Shown here piece by piece: positions 25,932 through 39,521 of a stretch of DNA of 64,000 nt. The stretch lies in contig NC_068991.1 of NCBI RefSeq assembly GCF_001194135.2, positions 77,494,881-77,558,880 on the forward strand, given 5' to 3'. The position numbers and the translations under genes are program-made. The DNA comes from Octopus bimaculoides (Eukaryota). Position 1 is the stretch's first letter. Each line of letters opens with the position of its first letter. The notes under the pieces are model-generated. The model was given only the letters and a program-made list of their open reading frames with translations. It did not search any database and was not told the origin of the DNA.

Positions 25932-26550
25932 ATAAAAGAGAAATTCTGTTCATGCAGTGGGGGTATACACACACATGCATTTATATATGTGTACACACAT
26001 ACACACATGTTTATAGACTGACAAACTTCTGCACAGTTTTCATCTATGAAATTCCACTTCTGCATTATTGTAGTAAAAGAGCCATAGAATGGAATTGAAA
26101 CTGGAACAACCATGTTGTTACATAAAGTAAACTTCTTATCCATACATTTATTCCTGCTCCCATATATGTGTGCATGTGTATAAGTGTGTACCTGTGGCCA
26201 TGTGAGTATTTGAAATGCAGATCTATGCCCTCTGCAAAAACAATCCCGTCTTTGAATAATGAGAAAAGAAACTGATTGCTGTAGCAGTTACTATAGTTAT
26301 AGATAGCGACACTTGCATTTTGAGGAGGAAGAGGAGGAGGTCTTTATTGGAGAGGTGGAAGGTAGGTGAATAGGGTGGCAGGTCGAAATCTTCATTTGGA
26401 ATCTGATAACTCCAGAGCAATGCTCTACACCATTGGAGTCAGTAAAACATTTATTGGTGAAATCATTGTCATCCCATTGTTATTGCTGCTAAAGAGAATT
26501 CACCACACTGAAGAGTTGTGTGTGCGTGTGTGAGTGCACATGTATATGCT

Positions 26551-26613
<63 letters not shown>

Positions 26614-26774
26614 ATGCTTGCTTGTGTATGTGTTGCAGAGAAATACTGTGGCATAATAAAGATTTAGCTTTAGATGGACAAGCAAGTCCTGAATCTTTCA
26701 CCATAAAAATCGTGCCTGTGTATTTATGCATTTCATATAGGTTGAACTGTGGCAAAACGATTTCATGCCGGTCA

Positions 26775-27330
26775 TAAACAAAACCAGAAATTAGCCAATG
26801 AGAAACCTCGTTGTATTGCTTGGACCAATAAAAATAGCATCCAAATTTTTTCGAATAACACTGCCATCAGCAAAAAATTGAAGTACAGATAAGATGAAGT
26901 AGTTTGAAATAGCATACAATAAGAATAAAGGATATTTGCCATTTGGAACATCTTGGTATGTGAGATCCCAAAACTGGAGCTTAGATTCAATGTCCAAGTA
27001 TACAGAGAGGGTTGGGGACTCTGTCATGGAGCCAGTTACATGGTCAAGTCCTCTTCTCTCACATCCTTCTGCAGGCTTGCAAAGAGAATTAAACTGAGCA
27101 TTGTTAAGATGACAAAATACAGTCCTCACTCTACATGTTTATGCAAGGCGTTGTTGTGTCTGAAGTACTTACTGATGTCGACCCCTTTCCTCTCACCAAA
27201 GCAATTTAATCACAAAACATCATTTGCTTTGTGCACTCCATGGAGTGTTTCCCTTGCCTTGTTTCTGGAGACACTCATTCCTGCTGCGATCTGGCACCTT
27301 AGCGGACAGAGCACTCACAGCAACCATCTT
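26775..27330 (-). mobile_element. Decayed CR1/L2-type reverse transcriptase fragment with internal deletion
   Basis: ORF 26791-27129 has TLSVYLDI (xDxxKAFD-like), DVPNG (GVPQG-like), PLFLLYAIS (PLLF.IYI) and LQFFADGSVI (LFADD) in RT order. Confidence 0.6.
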
Positions 27331-27714
27331 ATTTTGCCTCATCAGTGCGTTATCATAGTGCTTATGTAATACTTTACTTTAGATTGTTATAGTATCTGCA
27401 CTCACTACACTCTGTAAATACTGACATTAATTGCTTCTGCTGCAAATTATTCTGCTGTGAAAATTTGCCTACTTATGACACAGCAGCAGTGCTAACCTCT
27501 TATCTGAAAGTCACTTCTATATCCTTCACTTAGTGATGTGTTTGGTAAAAGATGCTCTGCTCAAAATCCAGCCCTCTTCACTCGTAAATTGATATTTGTG
27601 TGCAGATATGTTAAAGTGTGTGTGTATGTGTTTATATTTGTGTTTGTGTGTGTAAGTGTTTATGTATATTTGTCTATGTGTGTATAGATACAGTTAAAAG
27701 AAAAACTAGGTATA

Positions 27715-27890
27715 AAAGCAATGACGTGTGCAAGACAGGATGCTGCACCGGAATGGGCACGTGAGGCACATGGAGGATGACTGCTGTAGGAGAAGGAGAT
27801 CAAGGAAGACTTGGGATCAAGCGGGGAAGGCTGACCTGAAGTTGCTGCACCTCATGGACAAAATAACAGGGACTGGTTGCTGATATATAA
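27715..27890 (+). mobile_element. Short decayed RTE LINE 3' fragment
   Basis: VQDRMLHRNGHVRHME..RRRSRKTWDQAGKADLKLL resembles the RLRWYGHV / RPRKTW motifs. Confidence 0.6.
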
Positions 27891-28349
27891 TGTTACAGAT
27901 CCCCTTTCCACCCATGGCAAAATGTGCCTTCATACAAGGATAGTATCATTATCTTACCTTTGAAATGTGGAGTAGATAAAACAGGGGACAACTGATGAAG
28001 GGGATGTTCTTTATGTTGCATGTCTCATTTCTGTGTTGCTTTTTTTTTTGTTGTTCAAAACAAGTTCGTTTTCTATGTTTTTGTTTTTTATGTTCCCGTT
28101 TCTCATTCTGTCTACGTTTCTTTGATGTCCTGTATCCATATATACATGTATATATACATATATATGTAGGTATGTACATATATGTATGTATATATGCTTA
28201 TATTTATATATTTATATTATATATATATATATATATATATAAATATATATACATATATACACACATACTTGTATATATACGCATGTATATACACATATAT
28301 GTACATATAATATATATATGCATACATACATACTAACACACATACATAC

Positions 28350-28395
<46 letters not shown>

Positions 28396-28475
28396 CATAC
28401 ACATATATATTTTTGTACATACATACAAACATACATACCTACATACATGTATATAATGCATGCACATACATACTA

Positions 28476-28508
<33 letters not shown>

Positions 28509-29183
28509 CAATATATATAATATAAATAAAATATATATATGGTGGTGGTGGTGATGGTGGTGTATTAAAGATTTGTGACCTTTCCTATAAAATAGCAACA
28601 TGACCTGAGTTTTTCTTCTACTCCTTATATCACTACTCCACCCTTTCAAACACACACACCACATGCACACACATACATACACACACATACATACACACAC
28701 AACCATATACACACACAACCATGTACACCACACGCACATGTGATCCTTTGCACAAGCATACACACATGCACATTAGGTGTGCAGGGGTGAGAGACTGAAG
28801 CCATTCATTTTAAAATAAGTTTGAAAAATTCAACAATCTGTATCACTTGTCATTATTGTCAGCGAGTTTGTTGTTGCCATTGACGATGATGACGATGACG
28901 ATGACGATGATGACGATGATGACGATGATGATGATGACGATGATGATGATGATGGTTGTGGCAGTGGTAGTAGAGGTGGCAGGTATGATTATTATTATGA
29001 TTACAACTTGATTGTTTATTTTATGATCAATGTTATATGACACTCGTGGCACATGCACAGTTAACCGATATGGGATACGGGGAGTCGCAAATATGTGTTG
29101 CACTGCAGAGAAGCACATGTTTATGTGTGCACTTTTGTACTCGTCTGTGCATATATCAGAGCCTATACATACATGTACCTAGA

Positions 29184-29222
<39 letters not shown>

Positions 29223-29419
29223 GTTCTAGCATTTCCATATGTGATTCATATTCTTATCTTACCAATTTCTTCAATTACATTATCCGTGTTTATTTCAATT
29301 GTTGTATTCCAAACTCATTTAATCCAACTTGGTAATCTCCCAACGCCCCACCGTCCATTCCTTAACACAGACTTGCAACTGCATTTCATAACCGAACAAA
29401 TGTTATTGATATGGAATAT

Positions 29420-29625
29420 GGACGTTAAATGATGATGATGGTGATGATGATGATGACAGTGCATATTCATATATATATATATGGCATTAGGAAGGGCATC
29501 CAGCTGTAGAAACACCTCCAGATCAGACTGGAGTCTGGTGCAGCCTCCTGGCTTACCAGACCCCAGTCGAGCCGTCCAACCCATGCCAGCATGGAAAACG
29601 GACGTTAAGCGATGATGATGATGAT
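29420..29625 (+). mobile_element. Two tandem family-D 3' ends
   Basis: ggacgttaaatgatgatg at 29420 and ggcattaggaagggcatcc..ggacgttaagcgatgatg at 29482-29625. Confidence 0.75.
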
Positions 29626-30857
29626 ATATGTGTGTACACACACATACACATATGCAAATGTCTTGTTTTGGGCCCCGCTACTTCTTGATGGAGTCATTGG
29701 GGTTCTGCCGTAACACACAGTGTGTGTTGGGTGGTTTTAGAACTGTCAGAAGCCATTCCTGTCCAGCTCTGACTACAGTTGATATCTTGATTTCTTCCAG
29801 AAGAAGAAAAAGACACACAGAAAGAAAGAGCGAAAGAAAGAGAAGAATTGGTTGCAGCACAAAACTGGTTCTTTATTTACCAACTCCAAAACAATGAAAG
29901 CTAAGCTTGACCTTGGTGGAGTTTGAACCCAAAAGTGCAGAATGCCAGGACAAATACTGTGAGCAATGAAGACAGATGCTGGTAAAGGAGTGGGAGTGAT
30001 AGGTAATGATGAGTAGCATTGAGTGGCGGGAGAGGGATTAATTGGAGAGAGAGGGGGGGGGATGGCTAGCTATAAGTAAAGGGTGATGGCTGGCCATACA
30101 TTTACAACAATGGAAGAAAATTAGATGGAAATTCTTTTAGTCAATGGTAGTATATAAAATTCTACAGCAAATGAGAAACTATGGAAGTGTCTTTTAACTG
30201 CAAACTACCAATTCACTATTAACAGATACAGCAACCATGAAATAAACCTAGAATATACCAGGAATTCACCTTCTGACAATTATAAATCCAGGTTTGATGA
30301 TTTTATCACTTCTTACATTATTGCCATGACCCTTTGCTTCTTACTGCAAACTTCTAGAACTATCATTTCATTCAGCTGATGGGGTTGAGAGGGTCTTGAA
30401 AGGTTCAAATAAACTATAAATGATCAATAGGGAATTGAAAAGACTCAACTCAAACACGTTTTTTTAAATGAGATATGTCTGAAAGAAATGCTGTTTCCGT
30501 TTTGTACGCGTTCATACATGCACACACGTGTGTGCACATGCATGCACACACACTCACACATATGCCCACACACACACACTCACACATACACACACATTTC
30601 TCAGTGAAAGAACACCTACTCCTTATGGTGGTTTGAAATATGAAATGCAGTTCTATATTTAAGAGATGAGGAATTATGTACATTATTTACATTATTTACA
30701 TTTGACGGATATTTGTCCTCAAACAAGATGAGGGAAAACATCTGTCAAATGGAAATAATGTATGAAATGTTTGTACCATCACCGGACTTATTCTCAAATG
30801 AGAATATCTCTGTACATTGTAAAAAATGTCAAGTTCTTTCCTTGAGTGGCTTATCCC

Positions 30858-32039
30858 CTTTGACCATCTCAGGGCTACAACACTCATCCAAGGTGCCATG
30901 TTATGGCTCTGAAACTGAACCATGTGACTGGGAAATGAACTTCTTAAACACACAGCTAATGAGGGAACAAACTGTTGCTATAAAGTGTACTAATAACTGT
31001 AGGGGTTAATTGGCCTAATCAAGGATCTTGAATTAAAACCCATTACATTATTTTTAGGGGGTGAAAGTATTTTATATAATTCTCCTCCACACCCACACAC
31101 ACACACACATACACACATACAGAACTGTGCTGAGGACACATGAGTGAGTAGCCTGATACCTTGTGGCTTTGTCAAAGAGAGTAAAACTGAGCCCTTGACA
31201 AGCTGAGTGGTGCCCAACCCAGCTGCAGTTGTTCCTTCCAGTCGTTTCACATCACTCTTAATGCATCTGCATCACTTCCATACTTTCATTCCGTCCTCTC
31301 TCTCTCTCTGTCTCTCTGTCTCTCTTTTCTCTCTCTCTCCCTCTCTCCCCCCTCCCCTACCAATTTCGTCAAAGGCCATTAATATAACATTGTATATGAA
31401 ATTTGATGAGTGTTGTAAAGTAGAGGTAAACTGCAAATGAGTTAGATCTTTAATCTTGATTCAGTTTCAAGATTCAACAATTTCATTTTACTTTGTATTG
31501 TCAGCAACATCCTTTGGAAAATTTCTGAGGCTGTACCTTCCTGTCAGGGATCATTGAATAATATAAAGGATATAGTAAATATTCATTTATCTCATGCAAT
31601 AGTGTGATAAATAGACTCAATTTCCTGACCTTTTGTTATCAGAGTTATGTATCAATGTGCAATCAGCATTCATTTGGCTATTGAACCCATTCCTTTATTT
31701 ATGCATTTGTGAACAGCACAAACACATTAGAGTAATCAGCTTTAATTTACGTATTAAACTCATTACCTAATAGAATCTCTATACCCAACTGTTAGATGTA
31801 CTGGAGCCATATAGGATGCAATGTTCTGAACAAAACCCCCTAAAAATAATGTAATGGATTTTAATTCAAGATCCTTGATTAGGCCAATTAACCCCTACAG
31901 TTATTAGTACACTTTCTAGTAACAGTTTGTTCCCTCATTAGCTGTGTGTTTAAGAAGTTTGTTTCCCAGTCACATGGTTCGGTTACAGAGCCATAACATG
32001 GCACCTTGGATGAGTGTTGTAGCCCTGAGATGGTCGAAG
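30858..32039. repeat. 205-bp inverted duplication (arms 30858-31062 and 31835-32039)
   Basis: Manual alignment: 8 substitutions, no indels (about 96%); 772-bp spacer. Confidence 0.95.
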
Positions 32040-33873
32040 TCTCAGAGAGGATTTGGTAGATGGAAGATTAACGAAGCCTGTTGTGTAGTGATATGTCTAT
32101 ACATGCGAGTGCGTGTCTGTGTCTCCTTTTGAGGGTTGGCAACAAGGGATGCGGTTGGTTGTTGAACATCTGCCTCAATGAATCTCATCTGACCTATCCA
32201 ATCATGGAAAAGTGGATATTAAAGTAAGGATGGTAACATACACACACACGTGCACACAGACACATACACTTAGACACATACAGGTGCACATACACATGCA
32301 GGCATGCAGTGGGCTTCCCCTCAGTTTCCGTTTGTTTTATTAACAAAACATTGATCAAGACAAAGCTGTGGCAGAAGACACTTGCTGAAGATGGCACCCA
32401 GTTTGTTCCTCATACCACATGCTTGTGAATCAAGCTCCTTAATGTCATGGGCCATGTTGAAATCCATGCACACTCACATTTACATATACGCACACACAAG
32501 TGTACACCCCCCCCACACACACTATGTCTCACACATGTTACGCCAGAATATCCAAGACTCACCTGGCACTGTCTGTCTCTCCCTCATTCTCTCTCTCTCC
32601 CTCATTTTCTCTCTTTCTCTCCCCCTCTCTCTCCCCCCTCTCTCTCCACTTCCTCTGTGCAGTCTATATGCATTTCTGTGACTTAGTGTGGTGCTTGTGG
32701 GGTGGGGACCAGTGGAAGACACCCAAACCCTTGTCTTGTGTCCTACGTGTGACTTTCAGCCTCTTTTCTCTGCCCTTCCTCCTCTTTCACTCCCACCAGA
32801 CATTATGCCACGCCATGCCACTCCACCCTGCTCCACTCCCAACCCAGGCACACCTCTCACCACCTTTGATTTTAGCTTTTCTTACCTGACACCAACTCCC
32901 CCTATCAAACACACACACACACACAATAGCCTGCCTACACTGAAGAGCTGAAGCGTTTGTTTCATTCTGACTCACACAGTCACCACCACCACCACCACTG
33001 ACAACAATGTACCTTCATTTGCACTAACACTGCCTGCCTTTCACCACTTCCCTCAACTCCCTTCCACCATAAAATGGGAGAAAGGTGAATCAGTGGCACT
33101 CCACCACCACCAACACCACCACCAGTTTCCCCCTACACCCCTTGCTGTTTCCCCATACCCCCCATACCTCCCCCCACGCAGATATGCATAACCCTTCCAC
33201 ACACACACCTCAACCTTCTACAAGTTCTGCTTTTTCAGATGACCACCACCACCACAACATCCACTACCTCACATACCTGGCAGATTTCGGCAGAAAGGTG
33301 GGGGTGGAAAAGATATGACTACCACCCCCGACCCCNNNNNNNNNNNNNNNNNNNNNNNNNNNNNNNNNNNNNNNNNNNNNNNNNNNNNNNNNNNNNNNNN
33401 NNNNNNNNNNNNNNNNNNNNNNNNNNNNNNNNNNNNNNNNNNNNNNNNNNNNNNNNNNNNNNNNNNNNNNNNNNNNNNNNNNNNNNNNNNNNNNNNNNNN
33501 NNNNNNNNNNNNNNNNNNNNNNNNNNNNNNNNNNNNNNNNNNNNNNNNNNNNNNNNNNNNNNNNNNNNNNNNNNNNNNNNNNNNNNNNNNNNNNNNNNNN
33601 NNNNNNNNNNNNNNNNNNNNNNNNNNNNNNNNNNNNNNNNNNNNNNNNNNNNNNNNNNNNNNNNNNNNNNNNNNNNNNNNNNNNNNNNNNNNNNNNNNNN
33701 NNNNNNNNNNNNNNNNNNNNNNNNNNNNNNNNNNNNNNNNNNNNNNNNNNNNNNNNNNNNNNNNNNNNNNNNNNNNNNNNNNNNNNNNNNNNNNNNCACC
33801 ACCCTTTCTGCACATCCACCCTATCTCCTCAGCCACCCTCATATCCACACACCGCCCTCACACTGGCAGAGAT

Positions 33874-33928
<55 letters not shown>

Positions 33929-34783
33929 TGGTCTTTCCACACTTGCTTTGCCCATTCGGGCTCCCAGAGGTACACATGAGTGGTTAGCTCAAAATGTCCC
34001 AGGCTTTTCTAGCTTACTGTTCACATTTATGCCCTGCCTATTGTTCTTTTGCCGATGACTCTTTCTCTTTCCTCTCACCAACTCTCTCTCTCTCTCTCTC
34101 TCTCTCTCCCCTTTGTTGACACCCCCCCCCACACACACACCATTCACCCTAGCGAAAAGTCTAGTTGTAGTAGTTTTGCCTCTCCACTCCAGGCATGCAG
34201 TCGTTGTTTTACCATGAAACAATCTCACTCACCGTCAGGTAACCAACCAACTTATTCATTCTTGTTTTTGTACCAACATCAGCCGTCTCACTGCAAACAA
34301 ATCCTAGTGACTCCTGACAGTGAAAATCAACAGCTGACCGATTGACTCGAATCTATTTGATCACCAATCAACTGGATCCAAATAATCAGCAATACACCAA
34401 CGCAACTCCCAGCTACCGGCTTCACGTTCCTGTCCACTGATATTCTCTCCCAGTCTCCATTGAGATTCAGGGTTCAGCTTTTATTCTTTCTCTTTAACAG
34501 AGGAAACATAATGCTGTGTTATTAATTGCTTGTTAGACCTGCATTGTGTGTGTGCGTGTGCGCGTGCGTGTGTGTGTTTATTTCTTCACTCGTTCATTCA
34601 TTATTACCAAGACAACAGTAGCGTAGAGCATACATAGATACATAAACATATGTAATAATCAATATACATACATGCATACATATACATATACACATACAAA
34701 CAAACATGCACGCAGACACATACACACACACTCACAAACATGTATATGTTAGTGTGTGTAAATGTACACATATATATATGTAT

Positions 34784-34822
<39 letters not shown>

Positions 34823-35489
34823 AATATATCTATACATATATACTCGTTGTTATATGTAAAATCAGTTTAGCATTTGACTGAAAGATCACTCAGGACTTTT
34901 CAGTAAACAAAGGTATTTATTAATCTTTACAAGGGAAAGTTTGTCACTGACTTCGAAGTTACAGTTTATCAACCACATGTATGCACACTCACATTATTCT
35001 ATGCAGCAATACAGGCGTCCTGGCAGGTGCAGACACACTCAAATATTCACGCTTATAAGTATTTGCAGAGCATCGCACTTCACCCCTTCACTTTACACAC
35101 ACACACATGTATACATATATATATATATGCACACACATACACATAGGTTTTCAATTGTATTCTTAACTACACATACATGAAAGTAAAAAATGAATGTACA
35201 TGTATATGTGTGTCTGTGCACACACATACATACACAGCTATAAATGTAACAAAACAACCCTATCTGTCTCTCTGTCTATCTATCTATCTATGTACGTGCA
35301 CACCCACACACACACGTGCATATATATGAATACCTTGCTATTAGGCTCTCATGCATAACATAAACTGTTAAATGCACAAAAGTGCATCTGCATACTTAAA
35401 AAGAAGGCATGTGTTATTCTGAAATAACCCACGGCTCACTCCTACAGCAGCAGATTACATGGTGATTAAATAAACAGGTTAGTCGTTTT

Positions 35490-35507
35490 TATAATAATAA
35501 TAATAAC

Positions 35508-35558
<51 letters not shown>

Positions 35559-35990
35559 TACAACAACAATGATAATCCTTTCTGTTATCGGCACAAGGCC
35601 TGAAATTTTGTGGGAGGGGGCTAACTGAATTCATTGACCCCCCAGGGCTCACCTGATCCTTATTTTATCGACCTTCAAATGAAAGAAAGGCAAAGTTGAC
35701 TTTGGTGGAATTTGAACTCAGAACATAGAGACAGAAGAACATTGCTATGCATTTTGTCCACTCGGCCAGCTCCTTTCCCAATTCTTTCTGCTGTAAGCAC
35801 AAGGCCTGAAATTTTGTGGGAGGGGGTCTAATTGATTACATTGACCCTGGTGCTCAGCTGGTATTTATTTTACCTACCCCAAAAAAGTAAAAGGCAAAGT
35901 TGACCTCTGTGGAATTTGAACTCAGAACGTAAAACCAGATGAAATGCTGCTATTTTGTCCAGCATGTTACTGATTCCGCCAGCTCACCAG
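35490..35990 (-). mobile_element. Two tandem family-A SINE copies with (AAT)n tail
   Basis: aggcaaagttgac..ggaatttgaactcagaac repeated at about 35576-35772 and 35785-35988. Confidence 0.8.
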
Positions 35991-37146
35991 ATATTTGGAT
36001 TCAGAGCTTGAAGGGATTACATGCTTGTCCAACTGCAAGAAATAACAGCTGAATTTCCCTAAAAACAATCACACCCAACCATACCCCTCCCCCCCCGAAA
36101 AAAAACAAAGAAAGGTTGGGGAGTACATATTAGATAATACAGTCTTAGATACAGTGTCTGGGAGAAAAAATGGTGGGATGGTCATGGCTGTAATGCCTTT
36201 GACCATAGATTTGCTTGATCAAAGCTGAACTGAGATTAAGCAACAACAACAATTAATAATGTGATACAGAGGAGAGTCGTTTTATTTACCTCAAGGGCAA
36301 CATGTATGAAAACATTGCAATACTCTACTGTTATAATTACCATTACATTCAAAGATGATCAAAATATCTTTGTGTGGAATTTTGAGGAACAGTTTCCATT
36401 GTATTGTTATGTTTTTATAGTTGCGTTCCCTCTGGCTAACAGTGCCATTTTCGTATTAAGAACCAGTTTTGGTAGAAATGTAACAATACCAAACTACAGA
36501 CTTTCCTGGGATTTACTCATCCAGCTATTGTTCAAAGCTCAAATCTCACCGGCATCAGCTCTACAATTGATTCCTTTGAGGAGGAGGAGGAGGAGGAGGA
36601 GGAAGAGGAGTAATATAAACATCAGACACTGTTTAATTCCAGGTCAGTTCTAACTTAGTAAATCTGTGATCAACGATATTCCTACCATGACCATCATGTT
36701 TTTCTTTTTAGTGCTAACATATCAAAAACAAACTTAGATTTTTTCTTCCATTTTTGTAAATCACCAAGGTGTAATTTGAGGGATCTCAATTTGGCTACTG
36801 TTTCTAGTAGGTAGAGAAACCATCCAGGGAGCCCCTCCTTGACTCATATAGGTGCCAGTGTTACAACAGGGTACATTAAACCAATGAAACCCTCTTCTGT
36901 TATAAACATTGTTTTGTCCCTAAGTATGAAATCCTTTTTTTTTTTAATGCTTATCATTGTTTTAAACAGTTTCTTGTTAGTTTCTGCAGCTGCACCACCA
37001 GTTGCACTTCTGTGTTGCTTAGACCTGTGCAGCATTGTCTTGTGGAGATGCAGATGTGCACTTCAGTGTTTTAATCTGTTTTGCTCTTTTCTTTTTGTTT
37101 CCATTATTTTTGGTGTTACTTGCATGTTTTGTCTGTTTGTTGGTGA

Positions 37147-37470
37147 AGCCACATGGCTCAGTGGTTAGAGCATTCGGCTCACAATTGTAAGGTCATGAGT
37201 TCAATACCTGGCAGTGCATTGGGTCCTTGAGCAAGACACTTTATTTGATGTTGTTCCAGTCCACTCAGCTGGCAAAAATGAGTTGGACGTGTACTTCAAA
37301 GGGCTGGCCTTATCACATTCTGTGTCCATGCTGAATCTCTCAGAGAACTACATTAAGAGTACATGTGTCTGTGGAGCACTCAACCAGTTACACACTGTTA
37401 ATTTCGCAAGCAGGTTGTTCTGTTACTCAGATCAACTGGAATCCTTGTCATCGTAACTGATGGTGTGTCA
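37147..37470 (+). mobile_element. tRNA-derived SINE, family B
   Basis: ggctcagtggttagagc..gagttcaatacc head plus family-B body. Confidence 0.85.
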
Positions 37471-37902
37471 GTGGCTTGTTTGTTGTATAGACTATGTGCT
37501 GTGTGAGTTGAAGTATGTGTCATAGCACTGAGTGGTGATGGTGTAGAGTATGTGCTGCATGGGTTGCTGCAAGTGCTATAGCTCTGTGCGGTGATTCTGT
37601 AAAATATGTGTTGTGTAGGTTACAGTGTGTCTGGGTGGTGGTTGTGTAGAGTCTTGATTGATTTTATTGATCTCTGAAGGATAAAACACAATCACCCCAC
37701 AACACTAAAACCCAGCCCATGAAGGACATCTCCTACATAATCACCACATTTCACTAAAACACAAACCACAGCCCACATATCACTGGGGTCAATTCAGTCT
37801 ACTGTTTCCCTCCCACTAAATTTCAGGTCCTGTGTCTATGCTTATTATAATAATAATGTTCATTATTGCTTCTTCTTCTCCTCATTATTATTATTATTAT
37901 CA

Positions 37903-38343
37903 AGGCAGTGAGCTGGCAGAATCGTTAGTGCACCAGACGAAATGCTTAGTGGTATTTTGCCTGTTGCTACATTCTGAGTTCAAATTCCGCTGAGGTTGAC
38001 TTTGCTTTTCATCCTTTCAGGGTTGATAAAATAAGTACCAGTGGAACACTGAGGTCGATGTAATCAACTCATCCCTCCACACCACAAAATTGCTGCCCTT
38101 GTGGCAAAATTTGAAACCATTATTATTATTGTTGTTGAAGGTAGCGAGCTGGCAGAATCGTTAGTGCACCAGATGAAATGCTTAGTGGTATTTTGCCCGT
38201 TGCTATGTTCTGAGTTCAAATTCCACCAAGGTTGACTTTGCCTTTCATCCTTCCGGAATTGAGTACCAGTGGAACACTGGGGTCGATGTAATCAACTAGT
38301 CCCCTCCCCACAAATTTGGGGCCTCATGCCTCCAGTAGAAAGG

Positions 38344-38390
<47 letters not shown>

Positions 38391-39238
38391 GGTGGTGAGC
38401 TGGTAGAATTGTCAGCAGGCTTAACGAAATGCTTCATGGCATTTCGTTTGTCTTTACATTCTGAGTTCAAATTCTACTAAGTTCAGCTTTGCCTCTCATC
38501 CTTTTGGGGTCAACAAAATAAGTCTCAGTCAAGTATTGGAGTCAATGTAATCAACCAGCCCCTCCCTTCAAAATTTCCGGCCTTGTGCCTATTGTAGAAA
38601 GGATAATCATTATTATTGCTATTGTCAGGTGGTGAGCTGGCAGAATCGTTAGCATGCCAGATGAAATGCTTAACGGTATTTTGTATGTCTTCACGTTCTG
38701 AGTTCAAATGCTGGTGGGGTCGACTTTGCCTTTCATCGATAAATTAAGTACCGGTTGTGTACTGGGGTCAATGTAATCGACTCATCCCCCTTCCCCCAAA
38801 TTTCAAGCCATGTGCTTATAGTAGAAAGGATTATTATTGTTGCTGTTGCTGTTGTTGTTGAAAGATGGCAACTGACAGAAACAATAGCATGCTCAGCTGT
38901 ATTTCTTCTGACTCTTAACGTTCTGAGTTCAAATTCCACCAAGGTCAACTTTGCCTTTCATCCTTTCAGGGTTGGTAAAGTAAGTGCTAGTTGATCCCTG
39001 GGGGGGGGGGGGTCAATGAGATCAATTATCCTCTTCCCCTAAAATTGCTGGCCTTGTACCAAAATTTGAAACCAATATTCAAATTCTGCCACGGTCGACT
39101 TTGCCTTTCATCCTTTCAGGGTGGATAAAAGAAGTACCAGTCGAATACTGGGGTCAATGTAATCAACTGGTCCCCCATCCCGAAATTGCTGGCCTTGTGC
39201 AAAAATTAGAAATCATTATTATTATTATTATTATTATT
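37903..39238 (+). mobile_element. Chain of six head-to-tail tRNA-derived SINEs (family A), mostly separated by (ATT)n-type tails
   Basis: Copies start about 37903, 38138, 38390, 38627, 38862 and 39078 (last is 5'-truncated); shared ggtgagctggcagaatcgttag head, gagttcaaattc B-box and gactttgcctttcatccttt core. Confidence 0.9.
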
Positions 39239-39521
39239 GATATTGAACATATTCAAAATGCATGTTTCTAAAAAAAAAATGCTTGTTGTTATTGTAATTA
39301 ATATCTCTTCAATCTGTTGAAAACTTGTTCCCATTACAAGGACATTTTCGTTAGATTTTGTATATTTATTTATTTATTTATTATTTTTTTTTATTTTAGT
39401 CCTTTTCAGTTCCTTATTCGTATTTTCAATTTCTTTTGCCATTTTTGTTTTTCCTGCTGCTGCTGCTGCGGCTGTTGTTGCTTGTTTTCCCCACATCCTT
39501 ACTTTCACCCATCCTCATCAT

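Noticed and set aside
26953-27369. 138-aa plus-strand ORF with a strong acceptor at 27074
   Set aside because: Antisense to the recognisable decayed RT fragment; no independent motif.
36261-36653. 130-aa ORF with a hydrophobic stretch (GPCR TM7-like?)
   Set aside because: Non-ATG start, ends in a (GAG)n run, lacks the NPxxY motif; resemblance too vague, though an exon cannot be excluded.
37480-37650. Possible degenerate ~56-bp tandem repeat
   Set aside because: Periodicity is irregular and explainable by TG-rich low complexity.
37903-39238. Regular repeat array as a CRISPR-like locus
   Set aside because: Units are about 200-bp diverged SINEs separated by microsatellite, not short repeats with unique spacers; eukaryotic context, no cas genes.
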